Positions 59,201 to 64,000 of a stretch of DNA of 64,000 nt are shown here, piece after piece. The DNA is from a virus, in the IMG/VR virus record IMGVR_UViG_3300027714_000011, positions 14,554 to 78,553 of that record; one strand, 5' to 3'. The notes under the pieces are model-generated. The model made no database searches and was not told where the DNA came from. It saw nothing but the letters and a program-made list of their open reading frames with translations. The translations under genes were made by a program, and so were the position numbers. Position 1 is the stretch's first letter, and each line of letters starts with the position of its first letter.

Positions 59201-61119
59201 CACTAGATTTTGTTGGTAGCTCAGAGTTTAATGGTTATAAATTTAGTATTTTACTAAAAACAAAAACGGATGTTTCATCTAATGATTTAGATTTTGAAGT
59301 TATTCAAAATAAGAAGTATAAATTTGTAATATTTTTTATTACATTAGATTTAAGTGACTATTGGGTAAAAGATAATATGAATAGAAAACTATTATATGAA
59401 ATGAATCATAAAATAGTATATGATCAATCAAGAGAAGACTACATATATGCCAATACTGAGTTTGACGGGGCATTGGATTGGAGCGCAATTGACACTTCAG
59501 ATGGCGCGCCATTTGAGTTAAACGGTATTAGTCATTTTGACGGTAGTCAACCAAATTTCTTGAATCAAATATTATTAGGTGCAAATGGACTATATGGTGA
59601 CGTAATAATGGACCTTTATCCTAATACGCCGGGTAATACTTTATATAAATTTAAAATATTCGGTGTTGAGGGTGATAATTTGTTAAAAATACAATCACTT
59701 CCAGTAAATGTATCTGATCCTAATGATATACTAGACATTGCGTATTTACCTAATTACATTCAAAGAAAAATAAAGTATTACGTAAGTGACGGTGGTACTA
59801 ATGTCCACAAAAACATATTGGAAAAACTTTCTATTAATGAAGTATCGAATATGGTTAATCTAAATGATGATAGTATTACATACACCACAGTACAAGAGGA
59901 TGGAACAATTAATAATAGTAGATTTACTATTAATTTTGAAGACGGTAGCGAAATTATAAAATATGCTACATTATCAGTGGAAGAGGACAACGATAAGCCT
60001 AAGAGCTTTAAACTGTTTAAAGGTATTATTGGATATAACTTAGTCAGAGACAAAGATGCTTCCTATTATCCGTTTCTGATTAGACATGGAGGAAATTATA
60101 CGGTAGATTTTAAACCTGTTATTACGTTCACTGACATGTACACTCATTTTAAATCAAATAGGGTTCAATCTACTGCCGATGCAAGAGAGATTGGATTTGA
60201 ATCAGAAATATACAAACACTCTTTGTCAAATGCATATGAATTACAGACCGCTAAATCATATTATGAAAGATACAATAGATGTGGAACTACATTCAATGTA
60301 GGCTTGATACATGATGACGGATCACATGATAGAAATTGGGGTATTATAAAAAATCATTTCTATCACAAGGTAAATGAAATAAACCCACAAGGTGTCACTA
60401 AATTATCGGAATCTTCAGATAAATTACCATTATATCCACTGATTGATGAGATTGCAATTTCTAAGAAAGATGTCAATGTGTTTAGATCTTCTTGGGACGC
60501 TGGTTATTATACTAGATCATTTTCTGGTGGAAAATCAGAAGAGATTCCTGGAACATTAGATAACACTGAAGAAAGATCTTACTTTGCATCTAGTATGATG
60601 AAAGTAAAGAACGAATATGATGTAACATCGTTTACATATGAAAATGTTAAAAGTCAAGAAGATTTAGACGATATACTTAGAAACTCTATTAATAGTGCTG
60701 AAGTAATATTCTTTGAAGATAAGACTCAAATTGTTGCAGATTTCTATATTGCTGATGCTACTACTAGATTGTTAAGAAATGATGGAGTATTAGATAGAAT
60801 TAAAAAGTATGTAAGTGCTGAAGATTCTGCAGGTGATAAGACTACTTTGATAGATGATGCTGATTTTTATATAAATAAAAATATTATTGAGAAATTCGTA
60901 GTAGATTCTATATCTCTTTACACTAAGAGATTCAAGGGACGTTCTTCGTCTATAATAGATGTTGAAAACTCAGATAATATTGGTGATGGAGGATTTTCCC
61001 CTGACAATAATTTTATATTTAAATCACATAAACAAAAGCCTATGAATTTTAGGTTGATATATAATAAAAGATTAGGATATTCTTACGACATTAAACCTAT
61101 GATAAAAATAAAGTCATAA
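53272..61119 (+). CDS. giant (2615 aa) structural/adhesin protein with PT linker and Ig-like and cadherin-like repeats
   Basis: (PTATPV)n; two DUF5011-type Ig repeats (GATA..VDTSTVGVYTITYSATD); YT...GSDSFTFKATD cadherin-like repeats. Confidence 0.75.
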   Translation: MAVTSILLKTNGETTSALSCSNTSVGTRTLDYDDANPITIGVTILYETFDTVHFIGGDLWYVLDSGTKTYQINNSGVVIDISSCLPPTATPVPTATPVPTATPVPTATPVPTATPGPTATPDILAPIILITGQNPYQIEVSSTYNDAGATADGGETVTSTGTVDTSTVGVYTITYSATDAANNTGTANRTVNVVDTTIPVITLSGANPLNINVNSAYVDPGYTATDNYDGDITSTVSISGDTVDVSTVGVYTITYNVTDAATNPAVPKTRTVNVNDTSAPVPDDATYDVAWNSFKNIMLTATDNVDLSGDLTYTIETNPSKGTLSTLSGNTITYTHTDTVYGSDSFTFKATDSENNVSNIGTITLNPLNSAPVITGPNIVTLLQTEIASFSIGISDSDSDAVNIVEITAVANGTISTTTTTSGLEVTYTPNVGHSGGDQWIIKGEDSKGESSNTLTINFAIEAVPYFEMNAGSYGSDESELCLADTPFILYGKTLQANNAVGLAVGNTLYQDNNLTNPLTWTGSGDNSFPVSDTSGKRILTIDTNGLITAIADSCGDDVDSTSTDVKYATNAIAFCEGDTENTSVWYNGTAEQTLAELVAAGIPLFIDKYSSDLYTLTEGATLQGVIDSGIYSGINENIRYYKRSTVNNWGATGDVVDPYLWKCEEPVVNTVHELTSIYKSNLTDPGINEFCQATQSVVSLFYVLPEGVNPYTNLISLAQSNTLVYMSYDGALGEDPIDLFESNVFSTTSNTDVNTEYLIWENTGDGINLKWLGYDNNGLVAFGNQITVTGKCSSYEKPALTSVSRSNIDGTEFSNNSVFYAFYSCDPEIEGPELGNETETLFWPIYVIDSLHLDSSGDTGSYIKDFIDTLSFDNVIKTSDFGSCLEYAFKIVAEDLDDAISILNKDFELTSKQRTVVSSGTRIGLGSESTVNVYENSESSECVSGVTSNILNTYTFPIVPNYDNINARPNFNTQTNYKLDHVAKPLVRTNPKLSGNIKIVTDSNDTVYLESISANAELSSIKYKKYPINPNGFYSTDVAKFFKSTSTPSDLIYLTKRANSDLTILNSYDKQIEEEYQYGTTYNYSKNYTEGYRMFAPIWADNNMPSNFVIFRVKNPTDADSTNTSNFDRIDDMLSNAEIIKTFDLSKSSNLGKYIRSHVQQETFPKSPITVSFDKGETTNYNGIDIKSGEITSKGEYIFKDFVETDKPLIEANDFITDGFRRNDMLCANLLNLEFLFDDADAADYEVNRYFGLYVDAIDSGNGEINSINNNIVKFSKVNSLVNPEDPNTAIPSHKQMSTTPTLGYVKINDIFYKISNSGLYDPVKLEVKIDTSSDVVEKSIGISHVGRSVNLTENNERGYDFVKMSIIDTPETGDKIAAIESREESYEFTFIKHTPGEIININIEDSTGTYLFSFSTASLFHGTNVSTEQNMKVSFAALPIGLNSYLDLSVNPITKSFVITENKTNLGDLNMSISGALSSIIRIDQLQTNVEIQNATYVAIYNLPKGTYNGRFFSNQGSFGDVASALSAAINDDKDSSLESYNIGADLWVKSKVPGYRLLQHTVLVNKENVVDFINVRNLDLSNILKLRSGDDTVLSQWYAHYLNGGNSTGKSIFVDNTTLSEISIGDYLETRLDSVYNRVLDIVEDITVPNSINSKLILKLKSDLNEGENRVFNENVVDIGLFSAYNVYDMNFDFYDETNSKLKELEYEVRDNIQYEPYENALSEIDPITGEFNTILSANDIFNDDFALEPINYFSNLSGILSEESIDETLSENITSEFDRLKENQLKEFSTNSRIVPNINKWVLKDSLTVRDQPYYLNTNEAFGRTNFSPDISVTGRSKDDMSHEWFYMDKKPKYLKYNELNDTFSYVNFIEDFDLTPDLFKSTKNNYFDKFMITEGFEKNLNQEDLVDISDKFREFTGEYLNQDDINNTFFKTELKKKYTLIDGGSSDSFANTIFKGLKVTLKNRKEFVNKTALDFVGSSEFNGYKFSILLKTKTDVSSNDLDFEVIQNKKYKFVIFFITLDLSDYWVKDNMNRKLLYEMNHKIVYDQSREDYIYANTEFDGALDWSAIDTSDGAPFELNGISHFDGSQPNFLNQILLGANGLYGDVIMDLYPNTPGNTLYKFKIFGVEGDNLLKIQSLPVNVSDPNDILDIAYLPNYIQRKIKYYVSDGGTNVHKNILEKLSINEVSNMVNLNDDSITYTTVQEDGTINNSRFTINFEDGSEIIKYATLSVEEDNDKPKSFKLFKGIIGYNLVRDKDASYYPFLIRHGGNYTVDFKPVITFTDMYTHFKSNRVQSTADAREIGFESEIYKHSLSNAYELQTAKSYYERYNRCGTTFNVGLIHDDGSHDRNWGIIKNHFYHKVNEINPQGVTKLSESSDKLPLYPLIDEIAISKKDVNVFRSSWDAGYYTRSFSGGKSEEIPGTLDNTEERSYFASSMMKVKNEYDVTSFTYENVKSQEDLDDILRNSINSAEVIFFEDKTQIVADFYIADATTRLLRNDGVLDRIKKYVSAEDSAGDKTTLIDDADFYINKNIIEKFVVDSISLYTKRFKGRSSSIIDVENSDNIGDGGFSPDNNFIFKSHKQKPMNFRLIYNKRLGYSYDIKPMIKIKS
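53530..53634 (+). repeat. Coding 18-nt tandem repeat, about 6 copies (PTATPV)
   Basis: ccgactgcaacgccagtt. Confidence 0.9.
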
Positions 61120-61120
61120 A

Positions 61121-62815
61121 ATGGCAATTAACATTCAAGAGATATTACACCCGAGCGATTCAGACTCTATAAAGTTTGAGAAGATTAATTACAATTTCGA
61201 TCAGATTTTAGCAAATGGTGGTGGACCAATTGGACCAAAGGGCCAAAAAGGTGACCAAGGTTTAGTTGGATCTACTGGGCAAAAAGGTGATAAAGGTGAT
61301 AAAGGTGATACTGGTCTTCAAGGAGAATCAGGAGCCAGCGATAGCCCGTGGTACAAAGTAGAAATAGATGGAAACAATGATGGAAACAATGAAATCACTA
61401 TTCTAAAACCAAAAAGAGGCACAGATTTAAACATACCTATCATATGGTTGGGTGATGATACTTTCACTGAAGATGTGAACAACGGAGAAGTTGATACCAA
61501 TGCTAGATTAACTATAGCCAAAGACAATATCTTTGAAAACTATATAAAATTACACCACGCAAGTGATAAGGGTTTAGTTTTAACCAGTAGCGAAGAAGCT
61601 GGATTTTCTAAGTTTAATTTTCAGAACGCATTCGGTAGTACATCATTAGAATTTGGAATTACTACTGACAAAATAACATTTTATGCTAATACTGCGCCAT
61701 TCACTGTGCATGGTTCCGGTATTAATTTAAAATCATTAGGATCAACTAATATTAAATTAGAAACTGGAGGTACCGGTATATTAGATGTAGATATTAATGC
61801 AGACTTTAAAGGTTATTTAAAATTACCTACAGGTACAACAGGTCAAAGGCCTACTACACCTCAAGTAGGTATGATTAGATTTAATACAAACTTGGACATA
61901 GTAGAATCATATTATGATAATGGTGGTTCTCCAATATGGAGAGAACTATGTACTGATTGTGGAAGTGCAGTTGCAGATAGTATTGGAATTATAGGAGGAA
62001 TCATTGATGCAAATGCAGATGGTTCACCAAGAAATAATACTATAAGTATTTCTGGTGGAAATATCGATGCAATCGCAGATGGAAGTCCAGTATCTAATGC
62101 TACTATAACTAGAACCGGTAGTGCAAATACAAATGTGGTATATAACTCTCCACAGACTGTATATTTATTATATAGTATAACACCAACGAGTGTTGATCCA
62201 GGCCCTAACGATACTACTGTAAGTGATACTGGTTTAACAATTACAAATGAGCCTAGCAATAATAGATTAAAAGTAATTACATCAACCAGGGCTGTTGGTT
62301 TAGCATGGACTATAACTGTTAAACACCCAGATGATGCGTCTAAAACAATATCTTGGACTATTACACCGATATCTGCAAATTCACCAACTCCAACACCTAC
62401 TTCAGGCAGTGGAGCAGGACCGACTGCAACTCCGGTTCCACCGACACCAACACCTACTTCAGGTAGTGGAAGTGGAAGTGGACCAACACCAACGTTTACG
62501 TTCGCAACTAATACAACATCTGGTAATAGATTTATATTTGCGCCTCTATCAAGTTATACTGACGTGGCTTATACTATCATAGGAGATGGTATTTCAAGTC
62601 CAGCTACACCTAGTAATTTTTCAACTACTGGAGTTAGTGGAACAAATCAATCTGGACCGACTGGATCAAACGATAATATTACGTTTACTGGAGTTTATAG
62701 GTTTACAAAAAATATGTCACCTGTTAGTGATTTGAATGTTAATTGTACAGTCGATGCGACATACAACACATCTGACACATGGTATTGTACTCTTGAATCC
62801 GGTTCAGTAAAATAA
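61121..62815 (+). CDS. tail-fibre-like protein with collagen-like repeat
   Basis: KINYNFDQI; GPKGQKGDQG..GDKGDKGDTG; LPTGTTGQRP..GMIRFNT; PT linker. Confidence 0.75.
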   Translation: MAINIQEILHPSDSDSIKFEKINYNFDQILANGGGPIGPKGQKGDQGLVGSTGQKGDKGDKGDTGLQGESGASDSPWYKVEIDGNNDGNNEITILKPKRGTDLNIPIIWLGDDTFTEDVNNGEVDTNARLTIAKDNIFENYIKLHHASDKGLVLTSSEEAGFSKFNFQNAFGSTSLEFGITTDKITFYANTAPFTVHGSGINLKSLGSTNIKLETGGTGILDVDINADFKGYLKLPTGTTGQRPTTPQVGMIRFNTNLDIVESYYDNGGSPIWRELCTDCGSAVADSIGIIGGIIDANADGSPRNNTISISGGNIDAIADGSPVSNATITRTGSANTNVVYNSPQTVYLLYSITPTSVDPGPNDTTVSDTGLTITNEPSNNRLKVITSTRAVGLAWTITVKHPDDASKTISWTITPISANSPTPTPTSGSGAGPTATPVPPTPTPTSGSGSGSGPTPTFTFATNTTSGNRFIFAPLSSYTDVAYTIIGDGISSPATPSNFSTTGVSGTNQSGPTGSNDNITFTGVYRFTKNMSPVSDLNVNCTVDATYNTSDTWYCTLESGSVK

Positions 62816-62846
62816 AAAGAATATATAAATAAACACAAACAATAAA

Positions 62847-64000
62847 ATGGCAGCAAACGATTATACAAGAACGGTCAATATTACACCACTAAGCACTGCT
62901 TATTCGTGGGATACACCTCCATCATGGATAACTATCACACAAGTTGGCAGTTCTAATGATTGGACAATCACATTAGCATCTAATTCTGGGGCAGCAAGAA
63001 ACGCAACGCTTACAGTTAGACATGCCAATACAACAACCATTGATACTATTACGGTTAGTCAATTAGGAGGAGTGGTTGCAAATCCTACTGCAACACCGGT
63101 CCCACCGACGCCAACACCTACTTCAGGAAGTGGAGCAGGACCGACTGCAACACCAGTCCAACCGACTGCAACACCACAACCAACACCAACGTTTACATTC
63201 GCAACTAATACAACATCTAATAATAGATTTATATTTACTACTGCGATACAAACCGCTGATGTGTATTATACTATTCAAGGTGATGGTGAATCAAGTCCAG
63301 TTACTCCTTCAAATTTTTCAACTTCTGGAATTAGTGGAACAAATGTATCTGGACCTACTGTAACAAACAACAACGATGTGTTTACTGGAGTTTATAGGTT
63401 TACAAAAACTTTTTCGCCAATTAATACCATGAATATTAATTGTACAGTTACTGCACCACCTAACACGTTTGATACATGGTATTGTACTCTTGAAACAGGT
63501 ATTCCAAACAACCCAACTGCGACGCCATTACCAACACTGTTTCCAACGGCGACACCATACGTTTCCGGAGGAGGAGGAAGCGGAGGCGGATGTCACGTAT
63601 CTGGAGAATTAATTACATTAGCTGATGGTCAAACTAAATTGGTTGAAGACATAATAATAGGTGATATCTTGTTGTCTATTGATTTTGAAGGACTCAACAT
63701 AAGCGGAGAATACAATGATTGGAAGAAAACTGAGGAGACATTAGTATCTGAATATACTAGTACTGTTGTTACTAACGTTACTATTTTGGACTTCTTTAGA
63801 TATTTTAATATAAATGCTGGCTTACTAAAAATTACAGAGGAGCATCCTGTTCTAATAAAAGATAATTTAGGTGATATTTACTTTAAACAAGTAAAAGACA
63901 TTGTTGTAAACGATAGTTTATTAAATGAAAATAATGTATGGATAAAAATAGATTCTGTAGAATTAGTAACAGTACCTGAGAAGTTTACGACATATGCACT
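62847..64000 (+). CDS. 3'-truncated BACON + PT linker + duplicated beta domain + Hint protein (missed by ORF track)
   Basis: Open from ATG 62847 to the window end. SWITIT..NSGAARNATLTV..TITVSQ (BACON-like); GGGGSGGG|CHVSGELITLADG (Cys1 at 63591); LLKITEEHP. Confidence 0.85.
   Translation, partial: MAANDYTRTVNITPLSTAYSWDTPPSWITITQVGSSNDWTITLASNSGAARNATLTVRHANTTTIDTITVSQLGGVVANPTATPVPPTPTPTSGSGAGPTATPVQPTATPQPTPTFTFATNTTSNNRFIFTTAIQTADVYYTIQGDGESSPVTPSNFSTSGISGTNVSGPTVTNNNDVFTGVYRFTKTFSPINTMNINCTVTAPPNTFDTWYCTLETGIPNNPTATPLPTLFPTATPYVSGGGGSGGGCHVSGELITLADGQTKLVEDIIIGDILLSIDFEGLNISGEYNDWKKTEETLVSEYTSTVVTNVTILDFFRYFNINAGLLKITEEHPVLIKDNLGDIYFKQVKDIVVNDSLLNENNVWIKIDSVELVTVPEKFTTYA

Noticed and set aside
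62480-63500. Diversity-generating retroelement VR/TR pair
   Set aside because: Differences are not adenine-restricted, both copies are in-frame coding, and there is no reverse transcriptase in the window.
1-64000. Stop-codon recoding (TAG or TGA), as seen in some Bacteroidota phages
   Set aside because: Code 11 gives intact long ORFs at high coding density, and TAG/TGA end recognisable genes at the expected places.

Overview
AT-rich, gene-dense segment with every credible gene on the + strand. It is most consistent with a large T4-like/jumbo myophage infecting Bacteroidota (Flavobacteriia): no Shine-Dalgarno sites, a Flavobacterium-type bS21, a BACON domain, and gp5/gp6/gp13/gp25/gp53-like genes. 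Layout: (1) 1-5.7 kb, two giant Thr/Ser-rich repeat proteins, the first ending in a Hint domain; (2) 5.7-29.8 kb, accessory and metabolic genes (GT-B and GT25 glycosyltransferases, HADs, ATP-grasp, PolB-type exonuclease, DnaJ, bS21, PhoH, RNase HII, UvsE, dCMP deaminase, DinG-like helicase), including a set of proteins with a T4-like capsid-targeting N-terminus; (3) 29.8-64 kb, baseplate, neck and fibre genes with an embedded ribosomal S1 and an amidoligase, ending in a BACON + Hint ORF missed by the ORF track. Main finding: the two adjacent Thr-rich proteins are exact reverse complements of each other at the amino-acid level. Basic residues of one face aromatic residues of the other across 37 of 37 aperiodic blocks in one fixed register (i+j=638). 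That register places the N-terminus of protein 2 next to the Hint cleavage site of protein 1. This suggests a coded, hundreds-of-nm antiparallel two-chain beta-ribbon, possibly closed covalently by the Hint domain. All family assignments come from motif recognition by eye; no searches were run.
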